Shown here: positions 1 to 9,409 of the stretch, one piece after another
Layout of the letters: each line of letters begins with the position of its first letter
Position numbering within the stretch: the stretch's first letter is position 1
Assembly (NCBI GenBank): GCA_001724265.1
Contig: MEDY01000091.1
Coordinates: 62,001-82,904, forward strand
DNA length: 20,904 nucleotides
Source: Rhizaria sp. SCN 62-66
Taxonomy: Eukaryota
Reading direction: 5' to 3'
Translations under genes and position numbers: made by a program
The notes under the pieces: model-generated
What the model was told of the DNA's origin: nothing
The model's input: only the letters and a program-made list of their open reading frames with translations
Database searches by the model: none

Positions 1-3000
1 AAGTTCTCGCTGGCAACGTCCGCGTCAGCGGCGGCGCTGGCGCTGGCGCTGGCGTTGGCGGGGGCGCCGACCGGAAGCGTGGCGCCGGCGGGGGACACGA
101 GCGTGCTGTAAGGGGGCAGCAGGTCGGTGTAGACCATCTCGCTCGCACTCACGCTCGCGGCAGCAGCGCCGGCGCCCACAGCGGCGGCACCGGACGCGGT
201 CGCGAGGGCGATGCGCTCAGCCTTCTTAGCCAGCGCGGCGGCGCGGGAGACCGCGTCGCCGCTCTCCGCAGCAGCGGCGGCGGCGCTCTGGCCGGCGCCG
301 AAGTGGCCGTGCGCGTCGCCGTCGTGCTCGCCGTCGTTCTCGTCGCCGTTGTTCGTGCTCGCCGTGTGCTTGTTGACGAACTCGACCGTCGACACGTAGT
401 CGTCGTGGTCAGCACTGCAGTCGTCGCCGCCGTCGCCGCCCGCGTTGGCGTTGTCGTTGGCGACGCTCTCCAGCTCGGCGGCCTGCGCTTCGAGCGACAG
501 CGCGCGGTCGACGTCGCCGTCCTCGCGCGCAAGCCCGGCCTGTGCACGCAGGGCCTCGACGCGCGCGCGTGCGCTGTCGCGGGCGGCGCGCGAGAAGGCC
601 GCGCGCGCCGAGGCGAAGGCCGGGAGCGTGACGGCCGCGTGGCGCGCCACCAGCGGCGTGTACGCGCTTAGCGGCTGCGACAGCGGCGCCGCGGGGTCGT
701 GCAGCAGCGAGGGCGCCGAGGACAGAGAGAGCGGCATGTACGCGTACAGCGAGCGCTTTGAGCCCGCGGAGCCGGCGCCGGCACCGTTGTTGTTGTTGAG
801 CTGGTTGCTGACTGCGGCGAGCACAACGGGGTGCGCCTGCGCCTGCGGCAGGGCGGCAAAGGCCGCCAAGAGCTCGCTTGTGCACAGCGTGCGCACCGCG
901 AGCCCGTCGCCCGCGCCGCCCAGCAGCGCTAGCGCGGCGTCGCCTACGGAGCCCGCGGAGACAGAAGCGTTGGCGTTGGCAGCGGAGAGGTTCTGGGCCT
1001 CGAGGCTGGCGGCCACGGTGTCCTCGGCGTCACTGTCAGAGTCGAGCTCAGCGAACAGACCGCCCACGGCAGCGCTGGAGCTGGAAGAGCTCGAGCTGGA
1101 GCTGCTGCCGCGAGCGCTGCTGCCGCTGGCGGAGGGCGTGTCGTCGGCGGCGGGGGGCTCCTCGTCGTCCGACTCGGGCAGCCCGTCAGCAAGCGCCTTG
1201 AGCCCGCGGCGCAGCGGCACGGCCTCGATGTCAGTCTTGGTCACGCTCGCAGCGCCGCTGCTGCTGGGCTTGCTGCGGGACATGACCACGGGCCGGCGGT
1301 GCGCGGGGCCCGCGGCGCCGCTGCTCGGGGCGGCTGGCGCGGCGGGCGCGGTCGGCGCCGCGGGGGGCTGCGGGCGCAGGCGCGGGCGGGCCGGCTCCAG
1401 GACCAGCCCCCAAGCCCGGCCCTTGACCTTGCTCTTGAGCGATAACGCGCGCGAGGCGCCGGCCTCCACGGTCGCCGCGGGGGCGTCGCATGGCGCGACC
1501 AGTGCCAGCGCGGCGGCGTTGCTAACAGCACTGGCAGCGGTGGCGGCAGCGGGGACGGGCGCAGCGGACGCGGTGGGCGTGTTGAGCGATGAGGCGCGGG
1601 ACGCGGTGGGGCGGGGCAGCGGCAGGTGGCTGTGGCGGGAGCCAGCACGCTGCAGGCCCTCGGGACTGAAAGGGTTACTGCCGCCGCCGGCGCCGCTGCT
1701 GGCGTAGTTGGAGTTGGCGCTGGCGCCGCCCGCGCGGGGCGTGTTGGCCAGCGACACGGGCTGGCGCGCGCTGGCCGTGGCGGCGTGGTGCACGAAAGGG
1801 AAGCCGCCGCCAGTGGCCACCGACGCGGGCGTCGCGGGCACGGGCGCGTGCGGACGGCCCGGGATCGACTCGATCGAGCTGCGGCGGCTCAACATGTCGT
1901 CCGTGACGACGACACCCAGCGCCGTGTTGGTGCTGTTGGCGCCGCCATTGACGCCGTGCATCGAGTGCGAGAACATCGACAGCGGCGAGTGCGGCGTGCC
2001 CGCGGCGTTGGCGACGCTCGTGGTATTGTTGCTGCTCGCGTTGCTCGTGTCGAGCGCGGAGGACGTCGTGCGCAGCGGCGCGAGCTCGCTGTCGTGTACG
2101 GAGAACACCAGCGCGTTCTCGCCGTCAGCGCCACCGTTGGCGCCCGCCGCGCCGGGGCCCGCGAGCACGGGGGCGGGCGCGCTGAGCACGTCCTCGAGCA
2201 GCGCCAGCGGCGTTGGGACCGCGGCCAGCAGCCCCGGCGCGCTCATCGCGTCCTCGGCGCGCTGGATCAGCTCGCTGTCGCTCACCACGGCGTCGCCAGC
2301 GCCGGCGCCGGCGCCGGAGCGCGCGGCAGCGCAGGCGGCGGCGTCGGAGCTGAAGGTCTCGGCGCCCGCGCAGGCCGCGGCGTCGGGACTGCCGCCGGCG
2401 CCGGGTGCGGTGGGGACGGCGTAGAGCGTGCGCACCGCCGTGTCGACCGAGGCCTTATCCGAGTCGTGGATCGACACCACCGTGTTGAGCGGCGCGAGCA
2501 CGTAGTGCGCCGCGCTGATGCCCACCGCGGCGCTGCCGCCGAGGCCGTGCGCGCCGGCGTCGTGGCCCAGGTGGCTCACGGGCGTGGGCAGGTTGCTCGC
2601 GGCGTCGTCAGACATGCTGCTGCTGCCGTGCAGGCCCCCGGCGGACGCGGCGGCGGCAGAATCGAACGCGTCCTCGTCGTCGCTGTACTCGCGGTTGCCG
2701 TCGTACACGGCGCTGAACCGCGCGTTCGCAGTGCTGATGCTGCTGTTGCCGTTGAAGCGGCGGTCGGCGACGCTGGTGAGCCCGAGCACGGCGCGCACGC
2801 TCTGCAGGCGCGCCGCGTGGGCCGCGCGCCGCTCCGCGCGCTCAGCGGCGCTCGCGGCGGCGTCCTTGGCGGCGCGCTCGTCGTGCATGCGTTTGAGCGT
2901 CTGCGCCTCGGTGAGGATCTCCTGGCGGCGCACGTCGATGTCGGCCTCGTCCAGCTCGTATGGCTCCTCGCGCGCGTCCTCCTCCATCCCGGCGAACTCG

Positions 3001-4238
3001 CCCAGGCCCAGCGGGGGCTCGGCGCCGGCGTCGTCCTCGCCGTCGCCGTGCTTCGGCGGAACCGTGCCCGCGGGGGGCAGAGCGCCCTCCGCGCGGAGCG
3101 AGAACAGCGAGGACCGCGCCTTGCGGGGCTCGTCCAGCTTGCGCGAGTCGTCCTCGGGGTCCAACCCCGCGACGCCGCCCGCGGGCGGCACGTACAGCCC
3201 GCGCGCGCGGAACTTGCGCTCGGCCTGCGCGATGAAGGGCAGCAGCGCGTCGTACTCGGCCTTGACGCGCGCGCGCTCACGGGCCTCTGCGGCGGCCTCG
3301 CGGGCCTCACGTTCGTCCTCGTCGAGGTCGGCGTCGTACTGATCGCGCTCCTGCTGCGCGGCGAGCTGCGCGTCCGCGCGCACGGTCGCGAAAACCGTCT
3401 CGGCGGCCGAGTCGGCGGCGCGGGCGAGCGCGCGCGTGTGTGAGTCGAGCGTGAGTGCCTCCGTCTGCAGCTTGGTGAGAGCACGCGCCACGGCCGCGGG
3501 CGGCACCAGGGACGCGGGGTCAGCGGTGCGCAGCAGGGGCGGGATCTGGACGGACACCCCGTTTGGGACCGTGGCGATCTTAACGGTGATGCGGCGGAAC
3601 AGGCGTTCCAGCAGCCCAGCGTAGGCCTCGGCCGTGGTGTCGGGGCACCACAGGTCCACCAGCTCGAAGATGGACTCGTAGAACTGATCGTACGACAGCG
3701 AGGGCTGGCCTTGGGCGTCGCGGGCAAAGTCCTCGTTGACGACGCGCAGGGCATCGCTGAAGACGAAGTCCGGGTTGAGCACCTTGCAGAGGCGGATGTA
3801 GAGGTTCAGATACGATTGCTTCTCCAGGCGGCCGTGCGCGTTCTTGCGCAGGAGCAGCCAGAAGCGGTTGATCTGGCGCGCAACAAGCTTGCTGTGGCGC
3901 AGCACGGCGCGCTTGCGCAGCGCCTCGGGTGTGTAGTGCTCGTAGTCGCCCTGCTCGCGGTACGCGGCCACGGGAACGCCCGCTGCGCCAGCACCAGCAG
4001 CGCCGTCGTTTGCAATGTGGCTGCTGCTGGACGCGCTCGAGGGCGCGGCAGGGCGAAGACTGCCGGTCTTACCGCCCTTAGAAGGAGCAGATGCCGAGCT
4101 CGGAAGATCAGCTGTGTTGTTTGTGATGTCAGGGTTGCATTGCTGTTGCCAAGGAAGAGACTGGTCTCGAGCCTCGGCCTCGGTCGGCTTGCGGAAAGCA
4201 CGGCCGAAAGCAGCGGGCGGTCCAGGATTGGGATCCAT
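1..4238 (-). CDS. Large uncharacterised protein (>1412 aa, 3' end beyond the left edge); N-terminal degenerate EF-hand-pair-like domain, then Ala/Ser/Asp-rich low-complexity and coiled-coil-like segments
   Basis: ATG at 4238 (MDPNPGPPAAFGRAF...). The frame has strong GC3 bias in the segments I translated, down to position 3. The track lists no minus ORF in this frame, as expected if it is open to the edge; plus-strand ORFs 303..671, 1626..3443 and 3711..4283 are its in-register antisense shadows. Globular-looking segment 3962-3585: YREQGDYEHYTPEALRKR...FWLLLRKNAHGRLEKQSY...DFARDAQGQPSLSYDQFYESIFELVDLWCPDTTAEAYAGLLERLFRRIT. Confidence 0.85.
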   Translation of the reverse strand, partial: MDPNPGPPAAFGRAFRKPTEAEARDQSLPWQQQCNPDITNNTADLPSSASAPSKGGKTGSLRPAAPSSASSSSHIANDGAAGAGAAGVPVAAYREQGDYEHYTPEALRKRAVLRHSKLVARQINRFWLLLRKNAHGRLEKQSYLNLYIRLCKVLNPDFVFSDALRVVNEDFARDAQGQPSLSYDQFYESIFELVDLWCPDTTAEAYAGLLERLFRRITVKIATVPNGVSVQIPPLLRTADPASLVPPAAVARALTKLQTEALTLDSHTRALARAADSAAETVFATVRADAQLAAQQERDQYDADLDEDEREAREAAAEARERARVKAEYDALLPFIAQAERKFRARGLYVPPAGGVAGLDPEDDSRKLDEPRKARSSLFSLRAEGALPPAGTVPPKHGDGEDDAGAEPPLGLGEFAGMEEDAREEPYELDEADIDVRRQEILTEAQTLKRMHDERAAKDAAASAAERAERRAAHAARLQSVRAVLGLTSVADRRFNGNSSISTANARFSAVYDGNREYSDDEDAFDSAAAASAGGLHGSSSMSDDAASNLPTPVSHLGHDAGAHGLGGSAAVGISAAHYVLAPLNTVVSIHDSDKASVDTAVRTLYAVPTAPGAGGSPDAAACAGAETFSSDAAACAAARSGAGAGAGDAVVSDSELIQRAEDAMSAPGLLAAVPTPLALLEDVLSAPAPVLAGPGAAGANGGADGENALVFSVHDSELAPLRTTSSALDTSNASSNNTTSVANAAGTPHSPLSMFSHSMHGVNGGANSTNTALGVVVTDDMLSRRSSIESIPGRPHAPVPATPASVATGGGFPFVHHAATASARQPVSLANTPRAGGASANSNYASSGAGGGSNPFSPEGLQRAGSRHSHLPLPRPTASRASSLNTPTASAAPVPAAATAASAVSNAAALALVAPCDAPAATVEAGASRALSLKSKVKGRAWGLVLEPARPRLRPQPPAAPTAPAAPAAPSSGAAGPAHRRPVVMSRSKPSSSGAASVTKTDIEAVPLRRGLKALADGLPESDDEEPPAADDTPSASGSSARGSSSSSSSSSSSAAVGGLFAELDSDSDAEDTVAASLEAQNLSAANANASVSAGSVGDAALALLGGAGDGLAVRTLCTSELLAAFAALPQAQAHPVVLAAVSNQLNNNNGAGAGSAGSKRSLYAYMPLSLSSAPSLLHDPAAPLSQPLSAYTPLVARHAAVTLPAFASARAAFSRAARDSARARVEALRAQAGLAREDGDVDRALSLEAQAAELESVANDNANAGGDGGDDCSADHDDYVSTVEFVNKHTASTNNGDENDGEHDGDAHGHFGAGQSAAAAAAESGDAVSRAAALAKKAERIALATASGAAAVGAGAAAASVSASEMVYTDLLPPYSTLVSPAGATLPVGAPANASASASAAADADVASEN

Positions 4239-4904
4239 AGAATACCTGCCTGTGGGTTTCATGCGAGAGAGAGAAACAAATGAGCATAGAACTAAAGGAC
4301 GAAGTGCAGCGAGGCAGATTTGCAGAAACTGACTCTGGCAACGGTTCGAGTCGAGGGTGGTCTAAAAATAGTGTAGTTCGATATGTTCCCTAACGTTGTT
4401 TAGATATTAAACAGAATGACAAAATAGTACACGTCGTGATTCTTTTTTACATAAAAGCAATATTTAAACAAACTTGTCTACAGGTCGTGGGGGCGTCTTT
4501 TCGGTCGCCGCGCTCGTTACCCACTTTGAACAGACTGGGTCAGCGGCCAAAAAGTCAGGCCGCAGTTGGCCAGTCCATTTGACCGAGGGGACTTGTGGTG
4601 CCTTCAAAATCATCTTTCAAACTCACGCGATTGTTCGTCAACTGGATATATTTTTGTTGTTTTGTTTTTGCTTGGTATTAATACTGATTGCTCTCAAATT
4701 ATATCCTTTAAATCTGACGGTGACATGTCCAACTGGCACCTGTCTAGGTTCTCGTAGCCCAACGGATCGCAAGCCATTCAAGTTGTCGCTCGCTCACGCC
4801 CTGCCAAACCTAACTGTACCCCTAACTCCCATCACGACACTATGTGGTACTTTTCTGTGTAGCTTTACTGCTTCTGTTTTCTGGGTGACTCTCCTCGAGT
4901 TTTT
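4239..4904. promoter_or_regulatory. Divergent intergenic region (666 bp), probable bidirectional promoter plus 5' UTRs
   Basis: Lies between head-to-head ATGs at 4238(-) and 4905(+); AT-rich flanks around a GC-rich core at ~4480-4605. Confidence 0.55.
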
Positions 4905-6826
4905 ATGCCGCCAATGCAGCGCCCGCCCTCGTCGAGCACGAAGGGCGCGAGCTCGAGCTCCAGCACCACGACCAGCAGCAGCCTCAGCGCCGGCTCTCGT
5001 CCTGTCTCCCGCCCCGCAGCGGGCTCGTCGGTGGGCAGCAGGCCGCTGGCGTCGGCCGGCGTTGCCATCATGGGCACCAGCGTCGGCGCGCGCCCTCTCT
5101 CGTCCAGCGCGAGCGCGAGCTCCACGACGGCGAGCGGCACTGGCAGCAGCAGTCGGGTCGGCATGGGCAGCGCTGCGAAGCCAAGCGCTGCGTCGACCTC
5201 AGCGACAGCGAGTGTGACGGTGCGCAAGCCGCTTGTTGGCGCTGCGAGCGCCGCCAGCACCGGCGCGCGCGCTCCTGCCCCGGGCGCTCGCCTTGCCGCC
5301 AGCACCGGCGCGAGCGCGAGCGCGCAGCCGAGCTCCCGCCCCGGCACGGGCGGCAGCGGCCCCGCCAACGGCGTGAGGACGAAGTCTGTTGCTGCTAAGA
5401 CAACTTCTGCGGGCGCCGATCCCGAGGGCGATGACAACGACGATGCTGCTGGGGATGAGGCTGAAGACGACGTCCCGCAGAAGCTTCGCTCTAGCTACGA
5501 GGCCTTTGTCCGTCGGCTTGAAGGAGACATTGCGAATCAAAGCAATGACGACGATGATGACGATGACAATGACGAAGATGGCGGCATTGCAACTGAAGAC
5601 GACGATGACGGCGACAACAATAACAACAACGACGACGACGGCTTATACGCCGACGACCTCTTTCACGACGACGACAGCAGCAAACACAGCAACGGCGGCG
5701 ACAGCGACCCGCACACGGACGCCGCGCTGCTTGCCCTTACGCGCCCACTGCAGGGCCCCTTCACACCGCTCGCGCCCCTCCTTTACTTCTTCCCCTTCGC
5801 GTGCCCCCCGCCGGCCGCCCCCGCCGCGCGCGCGGCTGAGCTCGCAGAGCTGAAAGCGCGGCGCGAGAGCGCGCTGCGCAGCGGCTACGAACTGGCTGCC
5901 GAGCTTGCGGGCACGGACGCGGGCTGCGTGACCATCGCCAAGGCGCTGAGGGACATCTGCGTTAACGCACCGGGCCATGTCCTCAGGACGGACAAGAGTA
6001 CGTGTCTCCACTGTGTAATTGCTGATCAAATGCTCTTCTGTCCAGTCTTCCTTTTATAGATTCTTCAACATCATTCGCTTGACACCAATGCACCTCTGTT
6101 TCTCACCTCACGTGCTTCTGTATTGTTATCTCCGTCTTGCTCCGACTCCAGTGGTGCCGTGTGAGCGCTGCATTCCCGCGGGTAGGACTGGTGCGGCGCA
6201 AAAGAAGCGCCGCGCCGCCCACTACGCGTGCGCCATGTGCGCCTACGAAGATGTACGTCATGTGCTCACTTAGCATAATATAAAATTATCATGTATTCTG
6301 TATCGAGCTCATGAACACTTGCCTTGCAATCTTGTTCAACATTTACATTCAATTGCCTTTTTCACTTTGTTTTCTGTGGATACTTATCACCGCGTAGGGC
6401 GTGTGTCCCGCGTGCCGCGGCATCATCCGCCTGTGCACCTTTGCGCCGCCCACGGTAGGCTTCGCGGCCGTGTGCGCGGCGCTGTCGACGCCGCAGGGCG
6501 CGGCGTGCGCGATACGGCTGGCGCGCGACGACGCCAAGCGCGTGTACCCGCTCAAGGCCGCAGCCAGCGCCCACGCGAACAAGAACAAAAGCAAGCAGGA
6601 AGCAAACGGTGATGATGACGAGGACGAGGACGACGACGATGATGAGGAGGACGAGGATGAGGATGAGGTCGAGGACGAGAGCGCCGCGGGGGCGGAGTTC
6701 ACGGCGCTGTGCAACGAGCTGCGGCGGCACCTCACCGTGCTGGTGCGCACGTATCTCATCTCCATCAAGTCAATTGGCAGCACTGAAACATTTGGGTCAA
6801 CGAAAGTGAATACGGTTCCCCACTGA
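4905..6826 (+). CDS. Uncharacterised ~540-aa protein: Ser/Ala-rich N-terminus, Asp/Asn-rich tract, Cys/His zinc-ribbon, acidic tract near the C-terminus
   Basis: Exons 4905-5997, 6152-6252, 6398-6826. Introns 5998-6151 (GTACGT...CAG) and 6253-6397 (GTACGT...TAG) join in frame to give ...TDKMVPCERC...AAHYACAMCAYEDGVCPACRGIIRLC. The 3' end is uncertain because GC3 bias falls after ~6750, so a further intron is possible. Confidence 0.7.
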
Positions 6827-7222
6827 AATCCCATTGCAAGGCCACTGCTAGCTTCAACAACACCGCCGCTGCGACAGCGCTTATCGAGGGCAGATGGGCG
6901 TATTTGTTGATATATCAGCTCTTTTCCAATCAATACAACTTGACTAGTGAATGTACAAGTTACTTTACGACTGGAACTGAGCAATCATTCGACTTATGGG
7001 CTAAAATGCGAATCCATTTTGCAAGATTCGTTAAAACAAGAAAATTACAAGCATATTTATTGCTATCAAAAAGGAATTTCAAACACATCTCAAATTTGAA
7101 GAACATAATCCTTCTCATGAGCGAAACTCACTTCACTGTAACATATCCCAACAATCTGACTAGAGCGAGCTTCTCTTGCGCCCAGACTTCAACTGCGACC
7201 CAGTTTAGCCCTCCATCCTCGC

Positions 7223-8883
7223 TTAGCCCTCCTGGCCGAACTGCTGCGTCCACTCCTCCTGGCGCGCGAGGTCGCCCTGCGCTACGGAGGGCTTGGTGTT
7301 CTGCACGGCCATGACGAAGTGGCGCAGCGCCAGCGGCGGCGGCAGCAGCTGCTCGCCGGGGATGTCGTAGAGCGTCATCTCGATGCCCTGCGGGTCGCCG
7401 GGCGAGCAGGGCGAGTACATAAACTCGTGCTTACCGTCGGGGTCCGCCACCTTCTTGAAGTGCGTGGCGTCCTGGCACATGCGCACGGGCGCGTAGAGGG
7501 CCTCGCGCACGCAGACTGAGATATCGCTGCCCGAGAAGCCCTCGGACTCGCGGCCCAGGCGCATGAAGTCAGCGTCGGAGAGCGTGTTGGGCGTCTTGCC
7601 GACGTGGATGCGGAACATGGCCGCGCGCGCCGCGGGGTCGGGGAGGGCGATGTACACGCGCTTCTCGAAGCGGCGGCGGATGGCCGGGTCCAGCTCCCAC
7701 GGCACGTTGGTGGCGCCCAGGACAAGGATACCGTCGTTGCCCTTGCCGACGCCCTGCATCTGGACCAGGAACTCGGTCTTGATGCGGCGCGCGGACTCGT
7801 TCTCGCCCTCGCCGCGGGACGTGCACAGCGAGTCGACCTCGTCGATAAAGATAATCGAGGGCGCGTTCTTGCGCGCCAGCTCAAAGAGGTTGCGCACGAG
7901 GCGCTCCGACTCACCCTGGTACTTGGAGACGAGGTCCGAGGAGGAGACGGCGAGGAAGCAGGAGGACCCAGCCTCAGTGGCGACGGCCTTGGCGATGTAA
8001 CTCTTACCAGTACCTGAGTTGATTGGCGAGGAGAGGTTGGCAATAAAAGAAAGAGAATAAAGATAATATGATAGTTATGTGAGAATATACAATATGATCC
8101 CATATAGAAACAAAGCATGTCTTACTCAACACAACATTGAGGAGTTATTTAGTCACAGTGAGCGACGACGTACCGGGGGGTCCGTAGAGGAGAATACCGC
8201 GCCAGGGCTTGATGGCACCGACGAAGAGCTGCGGGAACTTGACAGGCAGGATCACGGCCTCCTTGAGGAGCTTCTTGGCGCCCTCGAGCCCGGCGACGTC
8301 CTCCCACTTAACGTTGGGCGTCTCCTTGACAATCGCGCCCTCGAGCGCGCCCATCAGCTTCGCATTCTCGGGGTCCTCCTCCTTGTCCGACTTGTCGCCG
8401 TCGCCGCCACCCGCCTTGGTGCCCTTCTTGCTCGAGGCCTCGGCGCCGCCCTCGGCCGTCACCACGGCCTTGGACTGCTTCGAGTTGAGCAGCTTGTCGA
8501 TGGCCTCGGCGCGGTCCATGTACTCGAGGATCTTCTCGCGGATCACTTGCTTGTTGCGCTCCGTCTTGGTGTAACGCACGCCCGTGACGAGGTAGTTGAG
8601 ACCCTGCTTGTAAAGCGAGAGCGCCTTGGCCAGGTCGTCGTCGTTGTCGGCCTGCACAGCCTGCTTGATGATCTCAAGGCCCTACCGCGCGCGCGCGGCA
8701 ACGAGCGAGGATAAAACACGGTGATAAAAAGTGCAAGTGAGCACGTGACCAGGATAAATATGTGTGCATCAATGCGTACACGCTATTCGTTAAGATTATA
8801 AACCACATTAGAAAGAATGAAATGACAAATCGATGGAGAAATGTGGGAGCACGACGAACCTTGGGGATGAACGAGTTGTCCAT
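7223..8883 (-). CDS. VPS4: Vacuolar protein sorting AAA+ ATPase VPS4 (MIT + AAA + Vps4_C), 440 aa
   Basis: Exons 8883-8860, 8681-8174, 8013-7223. Introns 8859-8682 (GTTCGT...TAG) and 8173-8014 (GTACGT...CAG). MIT helices ([12 protein letters not shown]), [15 protein letters not shown], Walker A GPPGTGKS (split by intron 2), Walker [29 protein letters not shown]-terminal FGQEG; stop TAA. Confidence 0.97.
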
Positions 8884-9409
8884 GTTGTTGGGGACGAGAG
8901 CTCACAGCGCAAAGCTACGAGTTTGCTGGTTTCGCCGGTAGACAGCTCAACGCTGCTGTTGTGTAAAAGAGGCGAGAGAAGACTTACTCGCTGTCGGAGT
9001 TGTCTCGCGTGTGAAAGAAGAAGGCGACGTCGCCCTGCTGAACGAGGAGAGAGCGAGAAACGCTTCGTGGTCAGAACCGATGAAGCAAGTAGAAAGAGAA
9101 TAAGATAAGATTTTGAAAGAAAACCCTAAATATATAATGGAGATTACGCAGATGCAGTATCGGGCAAAGTGATTTTATGTCTGCACACGGAGCCGTTAGC
9201 GCATACCACTGTGGGATACGAAAGACCTCCTCGACCTAAGCCCGCTTGCCAGTTTGCAGACGACGGGCATCGCGTGGCATTTCCTCGCACAACGCCTGCA
9301 ATTCCAACGCCTTTCTTTTGCAACTACCGCTACGTCTTATCCTGCCTGTCTCTCAATTCTGCCTGCTTGTTTTTTGATCTATATTCCCTTTTTTTCCCTT
9401 CTGCGTAGT
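8884..9409. promoter_or_regulatory. Divergent VPS4/MMAB intergenic region (526 bp); includes a candidate VPS4 5'-UTR intron 8987-8915 (GTAAGT...TAG)
   Basis: Head-to-head ATGs at 8883(-) and 9410(+); AAACCCTAAA at 9121-9130 followed by TATATAA. Confidence 0.5.

Noticed and set aside
445-3443. Long plus-strand ORFs (420, 605, 238, 274 aa), minus ORF 2576..3754, and similar antisense ORFs over hemC, NOP58, PPAN and CLP1
   Set aside because: Shadow or off-frame ORFs caused by extreme GC and GC3 bias of the real genes; no recognisable domains.
4343-4353. GGTTCGAGTC resembling a tRNA T-loop / Pol III B-box
   Set aside because: The flanks cannot form a T-stem and no cloverleaf is evident.
4474-5217. 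247-aa ORF starting at TTG
   Set aside because: Non-ATG start, AT-rich hydrophobic intergenic translation, and out of frame with the GC3-biased 4905 ORF.
8686-8696. (CG)n run before the VPS4 intron 1 acceptor, potential Z-DNA
   Set aside because: Short, and similar runs are common in this GC-rich window.
9121-9130. AAACCCTAAA telo-box / telomeric unit
   Set aside because: Single copy; not present at the NOP58/PPAN promoter where a telo-box would be most expected.
9200-9232. CCACTG-T-GGGA...AGACCT upstream of MMAB, echoing cobalamin riboswitch words; CATACCAC echoing 5S rRNA
   Set aside because: Fragments are too short and too closely spaced, and the riboswitch core and the rest of 5S are missing. 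An Rfam scan would settle it.
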